Of a stretch of 32,350 nucleotides of DNA, positions 1-8,217 are shown one piece after another (position 1 is the first letter of the stretch; each line of letters starts with the position of its first letter). Source of the stretch: an uncultured bacterium (GTDB lineage: Bacteria > UBP14 > UBA6098 > B30-G16); assembly GCA_964562425.1 (NCBI GenBank), contig CAZLTJ010000004.1, forward strand, positions 1 through 32,350, written 5' to 3'. Below the pieces are notes generated by a model that was not told the DNA's origin, searched no databases, and was given only the letters and a program-made list of their open reading frames with translations. The translations under genes were made by a program, and so were the position numbers.

Positions 1-619
1 TATCTTCGGTTGTCCAAGTGCTATCCCAATGTGTTCTAAGTTGAATTCGGAATGCTGTAAGTAATCGTCTACATTCGAAGCATGCAGTATCCGGTGGGTC
101 AGGCCTTGAGTCCCATCTTCTGAGCCAACGATAAAATACTTCGTCGCATCTGTCGCCTGGTTCATAATCCGGGTCTAGACTATTTCTCCATCTTCTCCAC
201 ATATTGGAAATATCTTCGGCTGTCCAAGTAGTATCCCAACGTTCTCTTAGGAAGGATTGAAAAGCAAGAAGTAATCTTCCGCATTCGAAGCGTGTAGTAT
301 CTGGTCCCGGGCGAGTTGTATCGGACGGGTCTGGTCTATATCGATCACGATATTCAAGCCAGCGTTCAAACATTTCGTCGCATTCATCGCCTTCGGTGTA
401 CCTGGGATCAACACGGATTCTATACCTCTCCCAGTATTCCGTGAATGTTTCTTCTGTCCACGTGGAATCTACGAGATCACTTATGTAGCCCAAATAACCT
501 CTCAATAATCTTCCGCATTCGAAGCGTGTAGTATCTGGTCCCGGTGGACGACCCTGAGGGAATGTTAGACCGATTAATAACAGCATCAGTCCAACTATAA
601 TTAATCCTCTCTTAGTCAT
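1..619 (-). CDS. Secreted tandem-repeat protein, 5' part only (runs off the window's left edge; not in the ORF track)
   Basis: Manual translation from ATG 619 is open to base 1: MTKRGLIIVGLMLLLIGLTFPQGRPPGPDTTRFECGRLLRGYLGY...; SD AAGGAGG at 630-624; N-terminal signal peptide; 3 copies of a repeat unit. Confidence 0.9.
   Translation of the reverse strand, partial: MTKRGLIIVGLMLLLIGLTFPQGRPPGPDTTRFECGRLLRGYLGYISDLVDSTWTEETFTEYWERYRIRVDPRYTEGDECDEMFERWLEYRDRYRPDPSDTTRPGPDTTRFECGRLLLAFQSFLRERWDTTWTAEDISNMWRRWRNSLDPDYEPGDRCDEVFYRWLRRWDSRPDPPDTACFECRRLLTAFRIQLRTHWDSTWTTED
272..544. repeat. Perfect 39-bp direct repeat (272-310 and 506-544), with a degenerate third copy starting at ~62
   Basis: taatcttccgcattcgaagcgtgtagtatctggtcccgg occurs twice; in-frame periods of 234 and 210 bp; encodes PGPDTTRFECGRL. 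Confidence 0.95.
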
Positions 620-656
620 TAATCCTCCTTTTTTTGGAAATTAAAAATTCATCCAA

Positions 657-684
657 ATTATACTGTCGTTTTAATAGATGTAAA
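657..684 (-). promoter_or_regulatory. Putative sigma-70 promoter of the repeat-protein gene
   Basis: Minus strand TTTACA-16 bp-TATAAT, ~40 bp upstream of ATG 619. Confidence 0.6.
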
Positions 685-796
685 TATTTAAATAAGGTTT
701 ACATAACATTTTAAAAATCCTTATATTCGCAAGTTTTCTAATATTTAAATATAAAGGGAAGAAAAGCTTTATCAACAATAAAGTCAAATTTAATAG

Positions 797-828
797 AATA
801 AATAAGGGGGGCTGGGTCAGGGCCCCCC
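797..828 (-). terminator. Intrinsic terminator (minus strand)
   Basis: GGGGGGC-CCTGACCCA-GCCCCCC followed by TTATTTATT, just downstream of the stop of ORF 852..1190. Confidence 0.7.
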
Positions 829-851
829 GGGTCACGGAGCACGGAAGGACA

Positions 852-1190
852 CTATTTGTAGTAGTGTTTTGTTTTAGGGGTAAATCCATTATCGGATTTT
901 AAGTTTTCCATGTAGTTCTTTAGCGTATAATAAGTAGGCTTCCATGAATTTTTACATAAGTCCGATATTAGTGCTGATTTTTTTCCTGATTTCATTAAAC
1001 TTTTTGTATCGAGGACTACAACACTAATGGATTTTTTTGGAAGGATTATAGTAAAGCTTTTTTTTTGTCTGAATTTATTTTGTTTTTGGGTTACCTCATT
1101 TTTGAAGTGTTCGATGCCACACATAAAGTTATTATATGTCATTATGACACGATCCTTGCTTTTTCGTAACTTTTTTAATTTGCGCAACAT
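852..1190 (-). CDS. Small Lys-rich hypothetical protein (alternative start ATG 1142, 96 aa)
   Basis: 112-codon ORF in very AT-rich DNA, lying between a sigma-54 promoter and a terminator; AAGGA upstream of ATG 1142; no recognisable domain. Confidence 0.45.
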   Translation of the reverse strand: MLRKLKKLRKSKDRVIMTYNNFMCGIEHFKNEVTQKQNKFRQKKSFTIILPKKSISVVVLDTKSLMKSGKKSALISDLCKNSWKPTYYTLKNYMENLKSDNGFTPKTKHYYK

Positions 1191-1375
1191 TTGATAACTC
1201 TTTGAAGTGAAATTTTTCCATATTTGTTTAATTATTTGGGACTAATATCTTTAACTAATTCCTTTTTCTTTGAAGCAGTTTTAAATCTTTAAGCCATTAA
1301 AACTAAAAATTATCGATACAATTATTGAATTGTTCCATTTCCTAAATTAATTTATATTATCTCACAAAGATAATG

Positions 1376-1391
1376 AGCAATATTCGTGCCA
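1376..1391 (-). promoter_or_regulatory. Sigma-54 (RpoN) -24/-12 promoter
   Basis: Minus strand TGGCACG-AATA-TTGCT, an exact match to the TGGCACG-N4-TTGCW consensus. Confidence 0.85.
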
Positions 1392-1444
1392 AACCTTAAT
1401 TATATAGTGTATAACGGATTAACAATATAAGAGTATTAAAAATT

Positions 1445-1491
1445 TGCACAATATTTATGCAGTATGTATTTATGTGCACATATATTATGCA
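1445..1491. promoter_or_regulatory. Tandem NtrC-type enhancer (UAS) sites
   Basis: TGCAC-aatattt-ATGCA (1445-1461) and TGCAC-atatatt-ATGCA (1475-1491), 30 bp apart, ~80-130 bp upstream of the predicted sigma-54 start. Confidence 0.65.
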
Positions 1492-1618
1492 CTCTATCGT
1501 TAACAAATCTTATAAATAACATAATACACATGCATAGGGCACTTTTTTTCAAAATTGCTTTACAATTCTATTATTTTCTTTATTATTGTCCACTTAATGC
1601 CTACATGGAGGTACTGAA

Positions 1619-4087
1619 ATGTATAATTTCGAACAGATTGAGAACAAGTGGAGAAAACTTTGGCAAGAAATAGGATTATTCCTTACTCCGAAAACACCAA
1701 AGAGCAAATTCTATTTGCTTGAAATGTTCCTATACCCCTCTGGTGATTTACATATCGGACACTTCAGAAATTACAGCGTAGGTGATGTAATGTGGCGTTA
1801 CCTTCACATGAAGGGTTATGATTTGATGCATCCATTTGGGTGGGACGCTTTTGGACTTCCTGCAGAACAAGCCGCAATAAAAAGAAATTTGTCTCCTGCA
1901 GAATGGACTTTAAAAAATATAGAGACTGCAAAAACTTCTCTAATTAAGCTGGGAATTTCATACGATTGGAACACTGAAATTCGAACATGTGATCCAAATT
2001 ATTATAAGTGGACACAATGGATATTCCTGAAACTGTATGAAAGCGGATTAGCATACCGGGATTTTAATTACGTTAATTGGTGTCCTGAATGTAAAACTGT
2101 GTTGGCTAATGAGCAGGCAAGTGGTGGAGTCTGCTGGCGTTGCCAGTCTAATGTCGAGAAACGAGAACTTGAGCAATGGTATATAAGGATAACTGAATAT
2201 GCTCCTCGACTGCTGGATTCGCTGGACCGATTTGAGGGTATTTGGCCTAACAGCTTGATAGCTATGCAGAGAAACTGGATAGGACGCTCTAAGGGTGGTG
2301 AATTCGATTTTCCTATAAAAAATACGGATATTGTTCTGCCAATTTTCACAACAAGACCGGACACAATTTATGGTGTTACATTCATGTCTATTGCACCAGA
2401 CGCAAAAATAATGAAGAATATCATTCGATATATACCGTCGGAAAAACTTGAACCAGTGAAGCGATATATAGAAAATTCCTTGCTGAAAAGTGAGATTGAA
2501 AGAAGCACAGTAGATACACAAAAAGATGGTGTATTTACTGGATTGTATGCAGTAAACCCTTTAAATGGTGAACTAATTCAGATATGGGTTGCTGATTTTG
2601 TGCTGGCAAGCTATGGGACAGGTGCAGTTATGTCAGTTCCTGCACACGACCAAAGAGATTTCGAATTCTCTAAGAAATATGATATTCCAATAAAGGTTGT
2701 AATTAATCCACCGGACCGATTTCTTACTCCAGAGGAAATGACCAAAGCATATCTTGAGCCTGGAATTATGACAAATTCCGATTTGTTTGACGGATTGTCT
2801 TCACAGGATGGAAGCAATAAAGTTATTGAATACGGCATCGAGCACAGTTTCGGTAGAAGAAGGATAACATATAAAATTCGAGATTGGTTGATTTCCAGAC
2901 AAAGATATTGGGGTGCACCGATACCTATGATTCACTGTGAGAGATGCGGTATAGTTCCTGTTCCTGAGAATCTATTGCCTGTTATTTTGCCTAAAGAAGA
3001 TAAGGTGGATTTCATACCTGAAGGACGTTCACCACTGGCTGACATTAATGAGTTTATAAATACAACATGCCCTAAATGTGGCGGACAGGCTAAGCGTGAT
3101 CCGGATACTATGGATACTTTTGTTGATTCCGCATGGTATCACCTAAGATATCTCAGTGCGAAGAACGATAGAGAAGCTTTCACAACGGAAGACGCAAGAA
3201 AATGGTTGCCTATTGACCTATATATTGGTGGTTCCGAACATGCTACGGGACATTTGATATATTATAGATTCATTCACAAAGTTCTTTTCGATCTGGGCTA
3301 TATTCCCAAAGAGTGCGGTGATGAACCTGCAAATAAAGTGTATCATCATGGTATGGTTCTTGACGAACACGGTTATGTCATGAGCAAATCAAGAGGTAAT
3401 GTACTATCTCCAATGGAACTATCGAACGAAGTAGGTGCAGACGCTGTGCGTGTTGCAATGTTATTTTTCGCTCCATCGGATAAAGAAATATTATGGTCTA
3501 GGTCAGGTGTCAAAGGTGCTGTTCGTTTTCTGGAACGGGTTGAGCGTGCTTTTAAAGTGGCTCCAGAATCACATGTAATTCCTAAACTGCAAGATCTCTC
3601 TGAAGATGATCTTGAACTAATGAAAAAACTTCACAGAACAATAAAGCAGGTTACACTTGATATCGAGCAAATGCAATTTAATACCGCAATAGCAGCTCTA
3701 ATGGGTTTGCTGAATAATATTCCAAATGGATTCGGTATCAAACATCCACTTTATTTTGCTTTTAGTGATTGTTTTATTCGCATATTGGCTCCTTTTGTGC
3801 CTTTCCTTGCTGAAGAGTTGAATCAGCGATTTGGATTTGAAGACAGTGTGTTTAACAGAGAATTTCCAGTCTACGATGAATCTCTTGTGGTGCAGGAGGT
3901 TGTGGAAATTGGAGTCCAGATTAACGGGAAGGTAAGAGGAGCAATAACATTAAATATAGATGCCGATGAAAGTATTGCAGTTAAAGCTGCTAAGGCTAAC
4001 ACGAAAATTCAAAAATATATTGCAGATAAAACTATTACAAAGGTGATATATGTTCCGGGTAAGATTTTAAACATTATCACGGAATAA
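1619..4087 (+). CDS. leuS: Leucine--tRNA ligase
   Basis: HIGH motif (GDLHIGH), GWDAFGLPAE, TTRPDT and GTGAVMSVPAHDQRD editing-domain motifs, DWLISRQRYWG, VMSKS, C-terminal VQINGKVR; SD GGAGGT. Confidence 0.98.
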   Translation: MYNFEQIENKWRKLWQEIGLFLTPKTPKSKFYLLEMFLYPSGDLHIGHFRNYSVGDVMWRYLHMKGYDLMHPFGWDAFGLPAEQAAIKRNLSPAEWTLKNIETAKTSLIKLGISYDWNTEIRTCDPNYYKWTQWIFLKLYESGLAYRDFNYVNWCPECKTVLANEQASGGVCWRCQSNVEKRELEQWYIRITEYAPRLLDSLDRFEGIWPNSLIAMQRNWIGRSKGGEFDFPIKNTDIVLPIFTTRPDTIYGVTFMSIAPDAKIMKNIIRYIPSEKLEPVKRYIENSLLKSEIERSTVDTQKDGVFTGLYAVNPLNGELIQIWVADFVLASYGTGAVMSVPAHDQRDFEFSKKYDIPIKVVINPPDRFLTPEEMTKAYLEPGIMTNSDLFDGLSSQDGSNKVIEYGIEHSFGRRRITYKIRDWLISRQRYWGAPIPMIHCERCGIVPVPENLLPVILPKEDKVDFIPEGRSPLADINEFINTTCPKCGGQAKRDPDTMDTFVDSAWYHLRYLSAKNDREAFTTEDARKWLPIDLYIGGSEHATGHLIYYRFIHKVLFDLGYIPKECGDEPANKVYHHGMVLDEHGYVMSKSRGNVLSPMELSNEVGADAVRVAMLFFAPSDKEILWSRSGVKGAVRFLERVERAFKVAPESHVIPKLQDLSEDDLELMKKLHRTIKQVTLDIEQMQFNTAIAALMGLLNNIPNGFGIKHPLYFAFSDCFIRILAPFVPFLAEELNQRFGFEDSVFNREFPVYDESLVVQEVVEIGVQINGKVRGAITLNIDADESIAVKAAKANTKIQKYIADKTITKVIYVPGKILNIITE

Positions 4088-4158
4088 CAGCAGAAACATG
4101 CGTAAATTATTAAAATCTAAGCTTAATTATGCAGAAGAATTTGGCTTTATCATTATTG

Positions 4159-4186
4159 AACCGTCGGACAAGCCCGGCGGTTTTTG
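4159..4186 (+). terminator. Intrinsic terminator between convergent leuS and radical SAM genes
   Basis: AACCGTCGG-ACAAGC-CCGGCGGTT followed by TTT. Confidence 0.7.
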
Positions 4187-4235
4187 ATTGTATATTCTAA
4201 TGTATAGAAATTTATTGTTTATTCAATAGTCGAGC

Positions 4236-6797
4236 TTAAAAAGAAATGCTTTGAATTTCCTCCATGGGGTTTACCCATTCGATTCCACGTCGAATTAACA
4301 GTTCGATTCTTGTAAATCGACTTTTTGCGATGGTTTCATCGCTAACTCTCGCAGCAGTGAGCAATTCCTGCGGTCTAACACTTCCTCTATCACCTGCAGC
4401 GAGGAGTAAATCTAAAGTGTTATCATCTCTCAAATACCACGAGAGAAACAACCTTCGGATATCCATGTCTTTATTTCGTCTTTTAATAATTATTTCAGAT
4501 GAGGATTCTATCCATTTCAAAGCCTTGTGTAAATTTTCCTTTGGGAGTGGTATTATACAATGCCAGAGAGATGAATCAACAGTAGTCTGCAATGCTTTTG
4601 GTTTAATTTTGTATATTTTGTGAGATAGAATTTGGAAGCCATTGGGAAGTTTGTGTCCCAATTTTTTGATCTTTGAATCAGAAATAGAATCCGTGACGAA
4701 AATATCTACATATTCACCAGTACTTTCAGAACCGAGTGGAAGTGGTGGTCCAAAGGTCAACTTAAGCCGTCTATGATATCCTTCTGTAAATGCGACGGGA
4801 AAATTAGAAATTCTAATAGCTCGTTCCCATATTTTTATAGTATCTAAATGCCCTACGAATCTTAATATTCCTGTTCTCCTATATTTAATTCTAATGACTT
4901 TAAACGATAATCCACTATTTGTTGCTTGTTTTTTTGGCTTTCTGCCAAACACAACGGTTTCCTTCTTCTCTACTGACTTGATTTGTGCAGGTTTAGCAAA
5001 GCGTTGGGGTGGAATATCGCAAAACTTGCATTTCTCACAATTTCTTTGGAAGCAAGGGGAACTCTCTTGTGCTCTAAAACCACGGTTTCTTTCCTCAACA
5101 AGGTTATTTTTGCTAATTCCTTTATCGATTACATCCCACGGTAATTTCTCATCTATATTTCGTTCTCTTAAGAATTGCTCCTTAGAAAGACCGTGTTTTT
5201 TCATTGCATTAAAAAATAATTCAGGTTTGAAATATTCATCCCATGCGGCGTTAATTGCACCATTACGCCATGCATCGTAAATTACCTGCGATAGTCTTCG
5301 GTCACCGCGAGCGATAATTCCCTCAATTATTGACAATTCAGGTTTCTTAGTTAGAATATCAACATTCTTTGGAGCGACTTTTTTTATTATATAAGTTTTG
5401 TGTCTTATTTCTTCCTCATCGATCTGTTTTTCCCATTGGAACGGAATATGTGGTTTTAGTACAAAGGGAGATATTGTTACGCGAACCTTAGCATGATATC
5501 GTCTCGCTATTGAAGATACTTGACCGAGCATGTTGTTAATTTCCGAAATATCTTCATCTGTTTCTGTTGGCAAGCCTATCATATAATACAACTTAATGGT
5601 TTTCCATCCTCTTTGAAAAGCCGACTCAACAGTTTGGAAGAATTTTTCCTCATCGAGCAGTTTATTAATTACAGATCTTAGCCTTTTCGTTCCAGCTTCT
5701 GGAGCAAATGTTAAGCCTGATTTTCTAGTTGAACTTAGTATTTCGAAAACTGGGTCATTTATTTCATCGATTCTAATAGATGGAAATGAGAAATCGATGT
5801 TATTGTTTTTTATCCATTCACTCAGTTGATAAAGCAAAGGGTGAATTTGACTGTAATCAGTAGTTGAAAGAGAAAGCAATCCAATTTCACCCCAACCTGT
5901 CAGCTTGTAATTAGTCTTCAGTTCATTTGCAATCGAGTTTACTTCTCGTTCACGAACCGGTCTATATGCAAAACATGCATTGCAAAACCTACAACTCCTG
6001 CCACATCCTCGATTTATCTCGACTCGAAGTCTGTGATGGACAACCTCGATCCATGGTACAATTGGTGGTTTAGGATAGAATTCATCCTTAAGTTCTTTTG
6101 CTATTAAAGCCTTAACAGGGTATGATGCTCCATTATAAATTTTATACCCATCAAAATTTCCGTTATTAAAAATCGGTTTATAAAAAGAAGGAACGTAAAT
6201 TCCTGGCATATTTGCCAGTTTTGCTAACAACTCAGTTCTAGTTAAACTTGACTGATTCTCTTGAATATACTTCAACAAATCCACAAAACTTACTTCAGCA
6301 TCCCCGATGTAAAATGCGTCAAAGAAAGGAGCGACAGGTTCAGGATTCAATGTTCCAATGCCACCACCAATTACGATTGGATGCATTTCAGTTCGGTTTT
6401 TCGAAAATATTGGAATGAATGAAAGATCCAGCATTTCGAGTATGTTGGTGTATGAAAGTTCATGCTCTAAAGTGAATCCGAGAACGTCGAAATCAGCAAT
6501 TGGTGTCTTTGTCTCCAATGAAAAAAGTGGCAATTGCTTGCTCCGCATCAAATCTACCATATCGAGCCAAGGCATATAAACCCGTTCGCACAAAAGTTCG
6601 TCTTCGTGGTTTACAATATTATAAATTATTTTACCACCGAAATGGCTTGCACCTATTTCATATACTTCAGGAAATGCCAGAGCGAATTTTCCTCTTCCAG
6701 TATGATCCTTTATAACAATCCCTTGTTCGTTGCCGATATACCTTGCCGGTTTCTCTACTAAAGGTAGTAAAGGTTCTATTTTTCCCCATAAACTCAT
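4236..6797 (-). CDS. B12-binding radical SAM protein (TIGR03960-like) fused to a radical SAM-linked DUF2344/TIGR03936-like domain
   Basis: VEKPARYIGNE N-terminus, GCGRSCRFC CxxxCxxC motif, TFAPEAG, linker CxxxCxxCxxC, C-terminal RFVGHLD...FGPPLPLGSESTGEY; start moved from 6911 to ATG 6797 (MSLWGKIE). Confidence 0.9.
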   Translation of the reverse strand: MSLWGKIEPLLPLVEKPARYIGNEQGIVIKDHTGRGKFALAFPEVYEIGASHFGGKIIYNIVNHEDELLCERVYMPWLDMVDLMRSKQLPLFSLETKTPIADFDVLGFTLEHELSYTNILEMLDLSFIPIFSKNRTEMHPIVIGGGIGTLNPEPVAPFFDAFYIGDAEVSFVDLLKYIQENQSSLTRTELLAKLANMPGIYVPSFYKPIFNNGNFDGYKIYNGASYPVKALIAKELKDEFYPKPPIVPWIEVVHHRLRVEINRGCGRSCRFCNACFAYRPVREREVNSIANELKTNYKLTGWGEIGLLSLSTTDYSQIHPLLYQLSEWIKNNNIDFSFPSIRIDEINDPVFEILSSTRKSGLTFAPEAGTKRLRSVINKLLDEEKFFQTVESAFQRGWKTIKLYYMIGLPTETDEDISEINNMLGQVSSIARRYHAKVRVTISPFVLKPHIPFQWEKQIDEEEIRHKTYIIKKVAPKNVDILTKKPELSIIEGIIARGDRRLSQVIYDAWRNGAINAAWDEYFKPELFFNAMKKHGLSKEQFLRERNIDEKLPWDVIDKGISKNNLVEERNRGFRAQESSPCFQRNCEKCKFCDIPPQRFAKPAQIKSVEKKETVVFGRKPKKQATNSGLSFKVIRIKYRRTGILRFVGHLDTIKIWERAIRISNFPVAFTEGYHRRLKLTFGPPLPLGSESTGEYVDIFVTDSISDSKIKKLGHKLPNGFQILSHKIYKIKPKALQTTVDSSLWHCIIPLPKENLHKALKWIESSSEIIIKRRNKDMDIRRLFLSWYLRDDNTLDLLLAAGDRGSVRPQELLTAARVSDETIAKSRFTRIELLIRRGIEWVNPMEEIQSISF

Positions 6798-6968
6798 CAA
6801 ATAAAAATAAGATTTTGAGTAGAAAAGGCAAGCTTTGGTAATTGATATGTTGTTTTGACTTTGAATGTTAATTCTAGTTATTAATTTGTTCCCTAAATTT
6901 TTGGGTTGCAATTATTTTTCAAATTAATATATAATTTAAAGAGTATACAAAAGAACAGATAGGAAAAT

Positions 6969-8066
6969 ATGGCACAGAAAAAACCGATTTCAACGCGTGA
7001 GCTTTTGGAGGAGATGGTCGCAAGGGACGCTTCGGACCTTCATATTACCGTGGATTCCCCACCGATATTAAGAATTGATGGCGAATTGATCCGAATGCCG
7101 TATGATCCAATTACCGCTGATACTACCAAAAGAATTGCATACTCGATAATGACAGATAGACAGAAACAGAAATTCGAGGAGCAATGGGAAATTGATTTAT
7201 CCTTTGGTCTCGCAGATATTGCAAGGTTTAGAGTTAATATCTTTTTGCAACGCGGAAGTGTAGGAATGGCTATACGAGTCATCCCAGTTAAAATTCGCAG
7301 TTTTGAAGAACTGAGATTACCCAGAATTATTTCAAGTTTTTCGAATTTTCCAATAGGACTTGTTCTTATTACTGGTCCTACAGGATCCGGGAAATCCACC
7401 ACATTAGCCTCACTTGTGGATAAAATAAATAGAGAACGTCATTGTCATATTCTCACGATTGAAGACCCAATAGAATTCGTTCATAACCATAAAAATAGTA
7501 TAATTAATCAAAGAGAAATTGGTTCTGATACATCGAGTTTTGAAAGGGCACTGAAATCTGCTTTAAGAGAGGATCCAGATATTGTTCTTGTAGGTGAGAT
7601 GCGAGATCTTGAAACAGTCAGTGCTGCATTAACAATTGCTGAGACAGGACATCTTGTTTTAGGTACATTGCACACCAATTCGTGCTCGGAGACTATTAAT
7701 AGAGTAATTGATGTTTTTCCACCTTCCCAGCAGCAACAAATAAGAGTGCAGCTTTCTTTTGTGCTTCAAGCAGTTCTCACACAGGCATTAATACCTAGAA
7801 TAGGTGGCGGTCGAATTGCAGCAGTAGAGATTATGACAATAACGCAAGCCATTCGTGCTCTTGTTCGGGAGGATAAAATCCACCAGATTTATTCGGCTAT
7901 TCAGGCTGGCGGGAAATATGGTATGCAAACAATGAATATGTCCTTGGCAGATCTGTATTTAAAACGACAAATAACAATAGAATCCGCAATGAACCGTTCT
8001 CATGATGTTAATGAACTTTCGGAACTAATTGCCAGAAAACAGAGTGCTGTAAAAAGTAAGAGATAG
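6969..8066 (+). CDS. pilT: Type IV pilus retraction ATPase PilT
   Basis: ASDLHI, Walker A GPTGSGKSTT, TIEDPIE, ALREDPD, GEMRD, TGHLVLGTLHT, AIRALVRE (AIRNLIRE-type motif). Confidence 0.95.
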   Translation: MAQKKPISTRELLEEMVARDASDLHITVDSPPILRIDGELIRMPYDPITADTTKRIAYSIMTDRQKQKFEEQWEIDLSFGLADIARFRVNIFLQRGSVGMAIRVIPVKIRSFEELRLPRIISSFSNFPIGLVLITGPTGSGKSTTLASLVDKINRERHCHILTIEDPIEFVHNHKNSIINQREIGSDTSSFERALKSALREDPDIVLVGEMRDLETVSAALTIAETGHLVLGTLHTNSCSETINRVIDVFPPSQQQQIRVQLSFVLQAVLTQALIPRIGGGRIAAVEIMTITQAIRALVREDKIHQIYSAIQAGGKYGMQTMNMSLADLYLKRQITIESAMNRSHDVNELSELIARKQSAVKSKR

Positions 8067-8217
8067 AAATACACTCTGTTCAGCACTAATACTGCCGAGA
8101 ATATTTAACTTTTTGTAGATTTAATGCAATTTCTATGACAGGAGAGTTTTTTTGTAGCAAGGTTAAGTTTTAATATTATAATTAATATTAACGCAGATTT
8201 GGGGGTATGATTTAGAC

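Noticed and set aside
62-544. 39-bp direct repeats as a CRISPR array
   Set aside because: Periods are 210-234 bp and in frame, the intervening sequences are homologous, the region is one open ORF, and no cas genes are present.
806-851. SRP (4.5S) RNA suggested by GGGTCAGG...CGGAAGG
   Set aside because: The pieces are not contiguous, the AGCAG half of the domain IV loop is missing, and there is no long enclosing helix.
4159-4186. Hairpin as an IS200/IS605 end or REP element
   Set aside because: Single copy in the window with no tnpA/tnpB; adequately explained as a terminator between convergent genes.
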